From: Candidatus Heimdallarchaeum aukensis
Lineage (GTDB): Archaea; Asgardarchaeota; Heimdallarchaeia; Heimdallarchaeales; Heimdallarchaeaceae
Direction of reading: 5' to 3'
NCBI GenBank assembly: GCA_021513695.1
Contig: CP084166.1
Coordinates: forward strand, 384,001-448,000
DNA length: 64,000 nucleotides
The stretch's first letter is position 1. The number at the start of each line of letters is the position of its first letter. The notes under the pieces were generated by a model. It was not told the DNA's origin. It searched no databases and worked only from the letters and a program-made list of their open reading frames with translations. Below, in pieces: positions 30,409 through 40,620 of the stretch. The position numbers and the translations under genes were made by a program.

Positions 30409-30930
30409 ATGAATAAAAAGTTTAAACAAATAATAGGTGACAATATGCACTTTGAAATTGGTGACAATATGCACTTTGAAATTAAACAAATTGGAATAAT
30501 TCATTCTCCTTTTAAAAAAATGGAAGAAGCTCCTATTCAACCTCGTTTTTCAGATAAGCCTGGCAAAATAGAAGTTTTTCCTGAATACAAAGAAGGATTA
30601 AAAGATCTTGAAGGTTTTTCTCATATAATCTTGCTTTATTACTTCCATCTAGTAAAAGAAGAACAGTTAACTATTCGACCTTTTATGGAGCCAGATAAAC
30701 CAAAAGGTGTTTTTGCAACGCGGTACAATAAAAGACCCAATAAAATAGGTTTATCCATTTGCGAAATTGATAGAATTGAGGATAATATAATTTATGTTAA
30801 ATATATAGACGTGCTGGATAATACTCCTCTAATTGATATTAAACCTCTTGTTCCTTTATTTGATTTCAGAAATATTGAAAACATAAAAGTAGGTTGGTTA
30901 TCTAATAAAAAAGAAAGACCTAAAGAGTAA
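30409..30930 (+). CDS. trmO: TsaA/TrmO-family tRNA methyltransferase
   Basis: IGIIHSPFK...PIQPRF...GFSHIILLYYFH...TIRP...RPNKIGLS, characteristic of the YaeB/TsaA family. The true start is probably ATG 30469, inside the duplicated RBS unit. Confidence 0.8.
   Translation: MNKKFKQIIGDNMHFEIGDNMHFEIKQIGIIHSPFKKMEEAPIQPRFSDKPGKIEVFPEYKEGLKDLEGFSHIILLYYFHLVKEEQLTIRPFMEPDKPKGVFATRYNKRPNKIGLSICEIDRIEDNIIYVKYIDVLDNTPLIDIKPLVPLFDFRNIENIKVGWLSNKKERPKE
30436..30483 (+). repeat. perfect 24-bp tandem duplication (x2) spanning RBS plus start codon
   Basis: ggtgacaatatgcactttgaaatt occurs twice back to back. This produces GDNMHFEIGDNMHFEI in the long ORF. Confidence 0.85.
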
Positions 30931-31051
30931 TATTTCTTTTCCAAATTTCAGCTCTTTTGTACAATGTTTTAAACAGACAAAAATAATTAATTTCAATTTT
31001 TGAAATATGTGTTTCAAGATAGCTATTTATTATATTTCTTAAGGTATTAAA

Positions 31052-31483
31052 TTGAGAAAAATGGCTACACTTGAAGCAATGAAAATAATTCCTGACAGAA
31101 CTGTTGAAGAGTTAGAAAAAATTGATGTTGAAATTGGTAAGATTTTAACTAAAATACTTAATGAAGATGGAAATAATTTAGATTTTATAGAAAAACAAAT
31201 TTATGCTATTCTTCTAATCTCAAAAGCTGGATTACCAATGTATTCAAACGTAAATGCTGATTTTAAAGTAAATGAACTTTTGCTGTCAGGATTGCTAGGG
31301 GCTTTACAAATAGTAGGAAATTCAATTTTCAGAGACGATACAGTTATATGTTCGATAAATTATAAAGGTTTCACGATTTTATTTGAAGAAATGTCGTTTG
31401 GAAGTTTGGTTTTAATTGTTTCAGAAAATAATCAATTAACAAGAAAAATAATTAAGATAATTAAAGAAACTTTAACTGAATAA
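31052..31483 (+). CDS. Roadblock/LC7 (MglB-like) domain protein (tentative)
   Basis: About 140 aa. The segment AILLISKAGLPMYSNV...LLGALQIVG...GSLVLIVSE matches the alpha-beta-beta-alpha-beta pattern of Roadblock/LC7 domains. Assignment is by pattern only. Confidence 0.35.
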   Translation: MRKMATLEAMKIIPDRTVEELEKIDVEIGKILTKILNEDGNNLDFIEKQIYAILLISKAGLPMYSNVNADFKVNELLLSGLLGALQIVGNSIFRDDTVICSINYKGFTILFEEMSFGSLVLIVSENNQLTRKIIKIIKETLTE

Positions 31484-31487
31484 TGTC

Positions 31488-31580
31488 TGCTTCGATAATT
31501 CAATTAATCTGATAACATTATTGGGGTTATTTCTTACAAGGATAACATCTGCACTTTCTATTGCAACATCAGTTCCTGCC
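31488..31580 (+). pseudogene. about 93-bp remnant of a copB-like P-type ATPase 3' region
   Basis: About 93% identical to 32492-32583 inside copB (first 31 bp identical). Lies opposite in strand to copB and directly after the stop of the 31052-31483 gene. Confidence 0.5.
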
Positions 31581-31621
31581 TTAAGCACAATTTTTGAAAA
31601 AATTAAAGAGTTTGCAAAACA

Positions 31622-31981
31622 TTAATTGAGAAAAGAATCCCAAAAAATATTAAGTTTACAAAACTCAAAAAAAAAACCAATAAAGAATATTGACCAAGCT
31701 ATATTAGTTCTTTTTTTATCTATTTTTGATTTTCGTGATTTATCTTTTTGAAATGTGAATTCTATTAATGGATAAGCTTCTATTAACATTCCTGAGACCA
31801 TAATAATTATACTTATTACAAGAATAAGTATATATACTGTATACTTGATAGTCCAGGATAATTCTATAAGAATGTTATCAATAAATGATGCTAGTAATAA
31901 AGATCCAAAGATTCCTATTATGGAAAGAAAAGATTGAATCTGTAGATTTTTTACATCAAAGTTAATATTTGTTTCATTCAT
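31622..31981 (-). CDS. small membrane protein (hypothetical)
   Basis: 119 aa with three hydrophobic helices. Confidence 0.35.
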   Translation of the reverse strand: MNETNINFDVKNLQIQSFLSIIGIFGSLLLASFIDNILIELSWTIKYTVYILILVISIIIMVSGMLIEAYPLIEFTFQKDKSRKSKIDKKRTNIAWSIFFIGFFFEFCKLNIFWDSFLN

Positions 31982-32250
31982 TAATACTACCTACCTTATT
32001 TGTTACAAACCTATTGCTATATAGAATAGCCTCTTATAAGTGTTGGTCTAGCGAAAATGCAGATGATAAGGAAAATATCTATTGACATAATAATGTGTGC
32101 TGTCAGGCCCACGCTTTCATATGTTCTTAATGATTACTAGAAGTTTTCAAATAGTAGTGAATTTAATTTTTAGCGATAATATAGTCATTTATTCAAATTA
32201 TATGACATCACTATCCTATTTTTTTTTAAAAAAAAGAATAGAGTAAAAAG

Positions 32251-34464
32251 TTACGATTTATCTTTTTGTTCTTTCTTTGCAGATTTTTTATTGTTTTTTG
32301 GAGATATATCATATTTTCTTAAAGTTTGGGAATTGATAGCGACGATTACTGTACTCAAAGACATCAAAATTGCGCCTATAGCAGGGTTTATTATTACACC
32401 TACACTTGCTAGAACTCCTGCAGCTAAAGGAATAGCGATTATATTATATCCTGCTGCCCACCATAAATTTTGAATCATTTTCTTGTATGTTTGCTTCGAT
32501 AATTCAATTAATCTGATAACATCATTTGGGTTATTTCTTACAAGGATAATATCTGCGCTTTCTATTGCAACATCAGTTCCTGCCCCTACTGCAATTCCTA
32601 CATCAGCAGTAACTAATGCAGGAGCATCATTAATTCCGTCTCCGACCATAGCGACTTTGTATCCTTCCTCTTTTAATTTTGTAATTTTATCAGCTTTCTC
32701 ATGTGGAAGAACTTCTGCAAAATAGTCATCCATTTCTAATTCTTTTGCTACCCATTTTGCTACTTCTTCTGCATCGCCTGTAAGCATGTATGTTCTTATT
32801 CCTAAAGATTTTAACTTCTCAATAGCAATTCTTGAATCTTCTCTTATTTTATCTGCTAGAGCAAATGCGCCAGCAAGTTTGTCATCAATTATTGTAAAGA
32901 TTACAGTTTTTCCTTGTTGTTGCACTTGTTTTATCTTCTCATCTTCTATTTCTATTTTCAACTCGTCAAGTAAGTTTGGGCTACCAACATAGACTGTTTT
33001 TCCATTTATTTTACCTTTTACACCTTTACCTGGCATTACAGTAAAATCAATAGTTGAAGGGATCTTTATTTTCTTCTCTTTTGCATAATCTACTATAGCT
33101 TTTGCAATTATATGCTCAGAGTTAATCTCTAACGCTGCAGTTAACTCCAATAACTCTTCTTCAGGAATGTACGAGATAACATCAGTTACTCCAAAGTTTC
33201 CTTCAGTCAAAGTTCCTGTTTTATCAAAAACTATAGCATCTATGTTTCGAACGTTTTCAAATCCAGTTCTGTCTCTTATAAGTACTCCACTTTTAGCAGT
33301 AATAGAAGTAGATAAAGCAACAACTAGAGGAATAGCTAAACCTAACGCATGGGGGCAAGCAATAACTAATACTGTTACAGCTCTCTCTAAAGCGAAATCA
33401 GGAAAACCAAGAAGGAACCATGTAGTATAAGTTATGATTCCTGCGATAAGTGCTACATAAAATAATAATGCTGCTGCACGATTAGCTAAATCTTGTGTTC
33501 TTGATTTACTCATTTGTGCTTTTCTTACTAAGTCTATTACTTGAGCAAGATAATTTTCTTCACCAGTTTTAGTTATTTTTACATGTAAAATTCCTTCTGA
33601 ATTTATAGATCCACCAATAACCATGTCATCCACAGTTTTGGATACAGGCATTGATTCTCCAGTCAAAAAAGCTTCATTTACATATGAAGAACCGTCTATA
33701 ACTACACCATCTGAAGGAATTTTTTCTCCAGGTCTAACAAGTGTAACATCATTGATTTTAAGCTCGGAAACGGAGACATCAATGATTTCTCCATCCTTGA
33801 TTAAGTGAGCAGTAGTAGGCATAATCTTTACTAATTCCTCTAATGCTCTCGAAGCTCCCATAATACTTTTTGCTTCCACCCAGTGACCTAGTAGCATAAC
33901 ATCGATCAATGTAGCAAGCTCCCAAAAGAAATCTACTCCTTCAATGAAAAACACAGTAGCAGCCGAATAAAAGAAAGCTACAGATATTGCCATTGCAATA
34001 AGTGTCATCATACCAGGAAGTTTTTTCTTGATTTCGTTAAATAAGCCTTTTAGAAATGGCCAACCACCATAAAAATAGATAAGTGATGAGATTGCAAGAA
34101 CTAATTCTCTTTGAAAATTAAAGGTAATCTCAAAGTTTAACCATAGCTGAATTGTTTCAGATAGAAGTAAAACTGGAATGGTTAAAATTAAAGAGACAAA
34201 AAATCTTTTCTTGAAGTCAGAAATGTGAGCAGAATGGTCATGAGATTTGTGGTCCTGATGATCTCCATGTTTCATTTTAGTTCCTGTAGATCCATGATCT
34301 TTGTGTTCTTGATGATTTTGATGCGTAGTATGTGCTTCTGCAGAAACATGACTTTTATGATCCTTATGATCTTTATGTTTCATATGAGATTCTGAAGAAT
34401 CATGTTTTTTGTGATTTTGGTTATCATGATCTTGATTTTTATTTCCTTTGTTCATTTTTTTCAC
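32251..34464 (-). CDS. copB: copper-translocating P1B-type ATPase, His-rich N-terminus, CPH motif
   Basis: N-terminal His-rich metal-binding stretch (HKDHKDHKSH...), CPH in TM6 (ACPHALGLA), phosphorylation site DKTGTLT and hinge GDGINDAP. Confidence 0.9.
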   Translation of the reverse strand: MKKMNKGNKNQDHDNQNHKKHDSSESHMKHKDHKDHKSHVSAEAHTTHQNHQEHKDHGSTGTKMKHGDHQDHKSHDHSAHISDFKKRFFVSLILTIPVLLLSETIQLWLNFEITFNFQRELVLAISSLIYFYGGWPFLKGLFNEIKKKLPGMMTLIAMAISVAFFYSAATVFFIEGVDFFWELATLIDVMLLGHWVEAKSIMGASRALEELVKIMPTTAHLIKDGEIIDVSVSELKINDVTLVRPGEKIPSDGVVIDGSSYVNEAFLTGESMPVSKTVDDMVIGGSINSEGILHVKITKTGEENYLAQVIDLVRKAQMSKSRTQDLANRAAALLFYVALIAGIITYTTWFLLGFPDFALERAVTVLVIACPHALGLAIPLVVALSTSITAKSGVLIRDRTGFENVRNIDAIVFDKTGTLTEGNFGVTDVISYIPEEELLELTAALEINSEHIIAKAIVDYAKEKKIKIPSTIDFTVMPGKGVKGKINGKTVYVGSPNLLDELKIEIEDEKIKQVQQQGKTVIFTIIDDKLAGAFALADKIREDSRIAIEKLKSLGIRTYMLTGDAEEVAKWVAKELEMDDYFAEVLPHEKADKITKLKEEGYKVAMVGDGINDAPALVTADVGIAVGAGTDVAIESADIILVRNNPNDVIRLIELSKQTYKKMIQNLWWAAGYNIIAIPLAAGVLASVGVIINPAIGAILMSLSTVIVAINSQTLRKYDISPKNNKKSAKKEQKDKS

Positions 34465-34655
34465 TAAAGAGTTTTTATTATTTTTAAGATATTAAAGCTA
34501 TTGGTTAAACAATTTTTGAAATAATAATATCTTTCTCTTTAAGTGATATTGTTTTTCTACTCTAATTTGAGTAAAATCTCCTATTTTAGTTGTAATTCTT
34601 TCATTATTTTTTTAAGTCAAGAGATAAACCAATTTAAAAATTTAAATAATGTTAG

Positions 34656-37600
34656 TTAGTTCATGCTTTCTTTTAGATAAACCCAAGTATAACCCATTTG
34701 TTTTTGGACTATTTCTTCTGGTTTTCCTTCTGAGATTATGTACCCTCCTAGCTCTCCTCCTTCTAGACCTAAATCTATAACATAGTCTGCCTGTTTAATT
34801 AAATTCATTTCGTGATCAATTAGAACCACACTGTGTCCTTTATTTGCTAATCTATGAAGAATTTCAATAAGTTTTTCTAAATCAAAAAAGTGTAATCCTT
34901 GAGAAGGTTCATCTAGGATGTAAATACTATTTCCATAGGTTCTTTTAGATAGTTCTCTTACAATCTTTAATCTTTCAGCTTCTCCACCACTTATTGTTGT
35001 TGTTGGTTGTCCCATTTTCAAATAACCTAAACCTGCTTCAACAGCTAATTTTAATGGAGCACTTATTTTTTCTAGATCCCTAAATAACTCATATGCTTCT
35101 TCAATAGTCATCTCAAGAATATCAGAGATAGATTTTTGTTTGTACTTTACAGCTAGAACTTTTTTGTTATACCTTTTCCCCTTACAAATAGGACAAGTTA
35201 ACCATACATCAGATAAGAAAAGTAATTCTACCTTCTTTTGCCCTAATCCTTTACATTCTGGGCATTGTCCTTTTTTTACATTAAAACTAAAATGAGCAGA
35301 GCTCATTCCTCTGTTTCTTGATTCAGGTAGTTCAGCATAAAACTTTCTTATCTCGTCAAAAACTCCAAGATAAGTTGCTGGAGTTGAACGAACAGATTTA
35401 CTCATTGCAGATTGATCTACAGCAATAACTTTTTTGATATCTTCAAAACCTTTAATTTCTTTATGTTTTCCTGCTTCTATCTTCTTTTTAGAAATTTTTT
35501 TCTCTAAAGCTTTTTGTAAAGTATCTATAACCAAAGAAGATTTACCCGCACCTGATACTCCAGAAACAGCAGTAATAATTCCCTTTCCAAACTTTGCTGT
35601 AATATTTTTAAGATTATTTTCTTGTGCTCCTACTAAAGTTATATTTTCTGAAGTTTTTCTTCTTTTAGTAGGCGTTTTTATTTTTCTCTTGCCATAAATA
35701 TAGCTACCAGTAAGAGAAGATTCGCTTTTAAGAACCTCATTGGTTGAACCAAAGTTAATTATTTCTCCTCCTTCTTCTCCTCCCCTTGGTCCTAACTCAA
35801 TTATATAATCAGACTCTTTAATTATTGTATCGTCATGTTCTACTACTATTACGTGATTGCCATTTTCTTTTAATTTCTTCATGGTGTCTAATAGCCTGTT
35901 AATGTCTCTTGGATGTAAACCAATAGTGGGTTCGTCTAAGCAATAAGTTACCCCTATTAATCCACTTCCTATTTGAGAAGCTAAGCGTATTCTTTGTGCT
36001 TCTCCATTGGATAATGTACTTGCTCTTCGATCAAGAGTTAAATATTCTAACCCTACATCTACTAAATATTGAGCTCTTTTCTTTAATTCGGAAAGGATTC
36101 GCTCTGCTATTTTCGACCTTCTTTTATCTAATATTATATTATTCAGAAATACAAGAAAGTCTTTAACTGAATATTTTGTCAAATCTGTAATTGATTTGTT
36201 ATTAATTGTAATAGCTAAAACTTCTGGTTTAAGTTTTTCTCCCTTACAGTCGGGGCAAAGATACTCTGAATAATATTGGTTCATTTTTTCTTTATATTTA
36301 AGTGACCAAGTCGAATCTGTTTCAGATTTCATCCAATCATCCCAACGAGGAATTAATCCTTCCCAAGGTTTTTCTCTAATATACTCTGATACAGATTTAC
36401 GACTTTCTTGACGATAAACTATTTCTACTATTTCGCCATCTGAACCATAAAATAAAGCATGTAGTTGTTGAGGAGTAAAATCTTTTAGAGGAGTAGAGAG
36501 AGTGAAACCAAAGTGTTTTCCTACTGATTCTAACATACTTCGTCTCCAAGAGTTAGGATTACTCATTCTTTGTGCAGTATAAGGACCAATTGCTCCTTCA
36601 ATTATTGATTTATTCCAATCTGTAACTATCTTTCTAATATCAAATTTTCTGATCATTCCCAATCCTGTACAAGTTGGGCAAGCTCCTGAATAGTGATTAA
36701 AACTAAATAACCTTGGGTGAATCTCTTCTGGGACTTCAATTCCATGCTCTAAACATTCAGCATTGAATGAATACCTTTTTCCTTTTTTATCTGTAGAATA
36801 GACTTCTATTCTCCCTTTTCCAAGTTCTCTAGCTATTTCTAATGAATCAACAAATCTCGTATCTTCAACTTTTGATAAATCTATTCTATCAATCACAACT
36901 GAAAGTGTTTTAACATTATCAACACTAAACTCTTCATCTAAATGTAATAGTTTCTCATTTAGTAAAATCCTTGTATATCCTTCTTTCTTTAGTTCTTTTA
37001 CAATTTTAGATATATCTACTTGCTCTCCATTTAATACTGAAGCAGCAAGGTATATTTTCTTATCTTTGAACTCTTTTCTAATCAATTTTGCTATTTCTGT
37101 TTCTGTCCTTTGTTTTAATTCAATAGAACATTTAGGACAATGAGGAATACCTACTTTTGCAAAAAGAAGACGAAGATAATCATAAATTTCAGTAGTTGTG
37201 GCAACAGTGGAACGAGGATTATGTGAAATTGAATGTTGATCTATTGCAATTGAAGGAGTTAAGCCTACTATTTCTTCTACTTCTGTCCTTTCTGCCCGAT
37301 TTAGAAACTGTCTAGCATAACTGCTCAAACTTTCAATAAATCTTCTTTGCCCTTCAGCAAATAGTGTATCAATAACTAAACTACTTTTTCCACTACCAGA
37401 AACTCCAGTAACAACAACAAGATTATTTTTTGGAATAGTAAGATCAAGATTTTTTAGATTGTTCTTTTTTGCTCCTTTTACATAAAGAAAACTGCTTGGA
37501 TCTAATTCTTTATCTGATGTGGAAATAGAATTTTTACTTACTGTTTGCTCTTTTTCTAATTCTCTCTTTTCTCCTTCTAAAACCTTTTTTAGAGCTTGAC

Positions 37601-40445
37601 CTGTATATGACTCTTTAATTTTCACAATTTCTTCGGGAGTACCAAAACCAACTAAATATCCTCCCTTTTCTTCTCCTCCTTCAGGACCTAAATCAATGAT
37701 ATAATCTGCAGTCTTAATTACATCTAACTGATGCTCTATTACAAGAACGGTGTTTCCTTTATCTACTAATTCTTGTAAAACTTTGATTAGTTTCTTGATA
37801 TCTTCAAAACTTAAACCTGTAGTTGGTTCATCTAAGATATACAGAGTCTTACCAGTAGCTCTTTTAGCTAATTCTCTACTCAATTTTATTCTTTGCGCTT
37901 CTCCTCCAGAGAGAGTAGTAGAAGACTGACCTAATTTTATATAGTCTAAACCTACAGCTTCAAGAGTTTTGAGTATTCTAACAATTTTAGGTTGGTTCTC
38001 AAAAACATTTAATGCTTCACTTACAGTCAAGTTAAGTATATCTGCGATAGAATATCCTTTGTATTTAACTTTAAGTGTTTCATCATCATATCTGTTTCCT
38101 TTACAAATTTCACACTCTACCTCAACATCAGGTAAAAGAGACATCTCTATAGTGTTAAAACCTTTTCCTTGACAAGCTTCACATCTACCAGGGCTGTTAT
38201 TAAAACTAAATCTAGTTTTTGTATATCCTCTCAGTTTAGCAGTAGGAAGAGAAGCAAATAAGTCTCTAATAGGGTCAAGCATCTTTGTGTAAGTTGCAGG
38301 ATTTGAACGAGTAGTTCTACCTATAGGTGATTGGTCAATAACAACTACTTTATCGATATTCTCGACTCCTTTCAAAGTCTTGAATTTTCCTGCTTTCTGT
38401 TTTCCATGATGTAACTTATTTACTAAAGCGGGATAAAGGGTATCAGAAACTAAACTACTTTTACCGCTTCCAGAAACTCCAGTTACGCAAACAAATGTTC
38501 CTAAAGGTATCTTTACATCTATATTCTTTAGGTTATTGTGCTGAGCTCCTTTTAATTCAAGAAAAATATTGCTCTTTCTTCTCTTTTTAGGAACTGAAAT
38601 TGAGTCAAGGTTTAGTAAATATCTAGCTGTAAAAGAGCGTTTAGCGTCTTTTTCACTTATATCTCTAGGGTTTTTAGCAAAAAGTAATTCTCCGCCTAAA
38701 CTACCTGCTCGAGGTCCTAAATCTATTAAAACATCTGCACTCTGTAAAGTGTCTTCGTCATGTTCAACAACAATAACTGTATTCCCACCATCACGTAGAG
38801 TCTTTAAAGAAGAAAGAAGCTTTTCATTATCTCTATTTGCTAAACCTATGCTAGGTTCATCTAGAACATAATTAACTCCTTGAAGTTTAGCTCCTATTTG
38901 TGTTGCTAATCTAGTTCTTTGAGCTTCTCCGCCACTTAAATCAACAGCACTTCTATCTAAAGTGAGATAATGAAGACCCACCTCGATTAAAAAATATAAT
39001 CTGCTTATGATTTCCCTAAGAAGGGGTTTTGCTATCTTTTCTTCCTCTGGAGATAACTTTAAACTGTTAAAGAAATTGTAACATTCTTCTATAGACATTT
39101 GATTAAGTTCAGCAATATTTTTTCCATGGAAAAGTACAGATAGACTTTCATTCTTTAACCTTAGCCCTTTACAATCAGGACAAGTTTGAAGTTCCATATA
39201 TTGTTCTAAACGTTCTTTCATGCTTTTAGAAGAAGTTCTGTAATAACCCTCCATTGTTGCAGGAATAAAACCTTTCCATTTTACATCTGAAGTTCCCCGG
39301 GCTTTCCAGACACTATCTCTTGCTCCCCATTTCCAATTAATGGTATACTCTTTACTTCCAGTACCGTACATCAAGATTTGTTTGTGTTCTTCAGGCAAGT
39401 CCTTCCAAGGAATAGAAATATCAATACCTAACTGTTTAGCAATCTGTGCAATAGAATTTTTGCTCAATCCAGTATAAGTAAAGTGATCTCCACTTTTCGT
39501 CTGTAAAGCTATTGCATGTTCTAATAAAGGATTATCAGGATTAGTAACAAGTTTGTCGGGAACAATTTGAGGAAGCTTACCTAAACCTTTACATCTTGGA
39601 CAAGCTCCAACAGAAGAATTATAAGAAAAATCTCGAGGGTGAAATTCATTAACAGATAAACCACATTGAGGACAAACAAGCTTATTAGAAAAAATCTTTT
39701 TTTCCTTTTCTCCAATAATCTTTACTTTCCCATCAGCGAGATCTAAGCAAAGATCTACACTATCACGGATACTAGCTTCATTTTTCCTCAAACATTTATT
39801 TCTATCTACAACTATTTCAATATCATGGGCGACATATCTTTCCAATTTTGGAAACTTTTCATCCAGATTAATCTCTTCTCCATCAATGATTAAACGAGTA
39901 AAACCTTCTTCTTTCCATTTTGCTAGTTCTTTCCTGTACTCACCTTTTCTTTTTTTAAACATTGGTGCAACAATCTTGACTTTTTGTCCTTCAAAAGAAG
40001 CGAATATTTGATCTATTATCTGATCAGAAGGTTGTGCATCTATTTTAATATTACATATTGGACAATGAGGAACACCTACTCTAGCAAAAAGAACACGCAA
40101 GTAATCATATATTTCTGTTAAAGTTCCAACAGTACTTCGGGGATTCCTAGAAATGGTTTTCTGGTCAATAGAAATGGTAGGTCTTAAACCTTCAATATGT
40201 TCAACATCTGGACGATCAAAGTTGCCAATAAATTGTCTAGCATAAGCAGATAGAGTTTCCATATATCTTCTCTGAGCTTCTGAAAAAATAGTATTGAAAG
40301 CTAGTGAACTCTTCCCACTACCTGAAACGCCAGAAATTACCACTAGTTTATCATGTGGAATAGAAATAGTTATGTCTTTCAAGTTATTTTCTTTAGCTCT
40401 AATAATTTTAATACTGTCAGTACTAGAAGTCATATGATTATTCAC
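34656..40445 (-). CDS. uvrA: tandem-fused double UvrA (two complete UvrA units in one 1929-aa polypeptide)
   Basis: Four ABC Walker-A sites (GVSGSGKSSLAF, GVSGSGKSSLVSD, GVSGSGKSSLVID and GVSGAGKSSLVID), four LSGGE signatures and repeated Zn modules (CPIC, CPQC, CPRC / CPKC, CPTC and so on). Unit 2 starts around FLYVKGAKKNNLKNL. Confidence 0.85.
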   Translation of the reverse strand: MNNHMTSSTDSIKIIRAKENNLKDITISIPHDKLVVISGVSGSGKSSLAFNTIFSEAQRRYMETLSAYARQFIGNFDRPDVEHIEGLRPTISIDQKTISRNPRSTVGTLTEIYDYLRVLFARVGVPHCPICNIKIDAQPSDQIIDQIFASFEGQKVKIVAPMFKKRKGEYRKELAKWKEEGFTRLIIDGEEINLDEKFPKLERYVAHDIEIVVDRNKCLRKNEASIRDSVDLCLDLADGKVKIIGEKEKKIFSNKLVCPQCGLSVNEFHPRDFSYNSSVGACPRCKGLGKLPQIVPDKLVTNPDNPLLEHAIALQTKSGDHFTYTGLSKNSIAQIAKQLGIDISIPWKDLPEEHKQILMYGTGSKEYTINWKWGARDSVWKARGTSDVKWKGFIPATMEGYYRTSSKSMKERLEQYMELQTCPDCKGLRLKNESLSVLFHGKNIAELNQMSIEECYNFFNSLKLSPEEEKIAKPLLREIISRLYFLIEVGLHYLTLDRSAVDLSGGEAQRTRLATQIGAKLQGVNYVLDEPSIGLANRDNEKLLSSLKTLRDGGNTVIVVEHDEDTLQSADVLIDLGPRAGSLGGELLFAKNPRDISEKDAKRSFTARYLLNLDSISVPKKRRKSNIFLELKGAQHNNLKNIDVKIPLGTFVCVTGVSGSGKSSLVSDTLYPALVNKLHHGKQKAGKFKTLKGVENIDKVVVIDQSPIGRTTRSNPATYTKMLDPIRDLFASLPTAKLRGYTKTRFSFNNSPGRCEACQGKGFNTIEMSLLPDVEVECEICKGNRYDDETLKVKYKGYSIADILNLTVSEALNVFENQPKIVRILKTLEAVGLDYIKLGQSSTTLSGGEAQRIKLSRELAKRATGKTLYILDEPTTGLSFEDIKKLIKVLQELVDKGNTVLVIEHQLDVIKTADYIIDLGPEGGEEKGGYLVGFGTPEEIVKIKESYTGQALKKVLEGEKRELEKEQTVSKNSISTSDKELDPSSFLYVKGAKKNNLKNLDLTIPKNNLVVVTGVSGSGKSSLVIDTLFAEGQRRFIESLSSYARQFLNRAERTEVEEIVGLTPSIAIDQHSISHNPRSTVATTTEIYDYLRLLFAKVGIPHCPKCSIELKQRTETEIAKLIRKEFKDKKIYLAASVLNGEQVDISKIVKELKKEGYTRILLNEKLLHLDEEFSVDNVKTLSVVIDRIDLSKVEDTRFVDSLEIARELGKGRIEVYSTDKKGKRYSFNAECLEHGIEVPEEIHPRLFSFNHYSGACPTCTGLGMIRKFDIRKIVTDWNKSIIEGAIGPYTAQRMSNPNSWRRSMLESVGKHFGFTLSTPLKDFTPQQLHALFYGSDGEIVEIVYRQESRKSVSEYIREKPWEGLIPRWDDWMKSETDSTWSLKYKEKMNQYYSEYLCPDCKGEKLKPEVLAITINNKSITDLTKYSVKDFLVFLNNIILDKRRSKIAERILSELKKRAQYLVDVGLEYLTLDRRASTLSNGEAQRIRLASQIGSGLIGVTYCLDEPTIGLHPRDINRLLDTMKKLKENGNHVIVVEHDDTIIKESDYIIELGPRGGEEGGEIINFGSTNEVLKSESSLTGSYIYGKRKIKTPTKRRKTSENITLVGAQENNLKNITAKFGKGIITAVSGVSGAGKSSLVIDTLQKALEKKISKKKIEAGKHKEIKGFEDIKKVIAVDQSAMSKSVRSTPATYLGVFDEIRKFYAELPESRNRGMSSAHFSFNVKKGQCPECKGLGQKKVELLFLSDVWLTCPICKGKRYNKKVLAVKYKQKSISDILEMTIEEAYELFRDLEKISAPLKLAVEAGLGYLKMGQPTTTISGGEAERLKIVRELSKRTYGNSIYILDEPSQGLHFFDLEKLIEILHRLANKGHSVVLIDHEMNLIKQADYVIDLGLEGGELGGYIISEGKPEEIVQKQMGYTWVYLKESMN

Positions 40446-40620
40446 TTAAAAGCGACTAGTAAGTGTAAAAAATGCCTAGATTTCAATATTTAAACTTGTA
40501 TATTTAACAAGAAATAAAGAATCAGAATAAAAGTTAATGTTTAGTTGCTGAAATAAGAGCGTTGATTCTTTGTTAAAAACAAAAGATTGAACAAAATTTA
40601 TAATAGTTAATCAAATTAAA

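Noticed and set aside
32291-33808. Plus-strand ORFs (60-87 aa) across the copB region, and the similar ORFs at 35434, 37969 and 38569 inside uvrA
   Set aside because: Antisense to motif-verified long genes, with no independent support.
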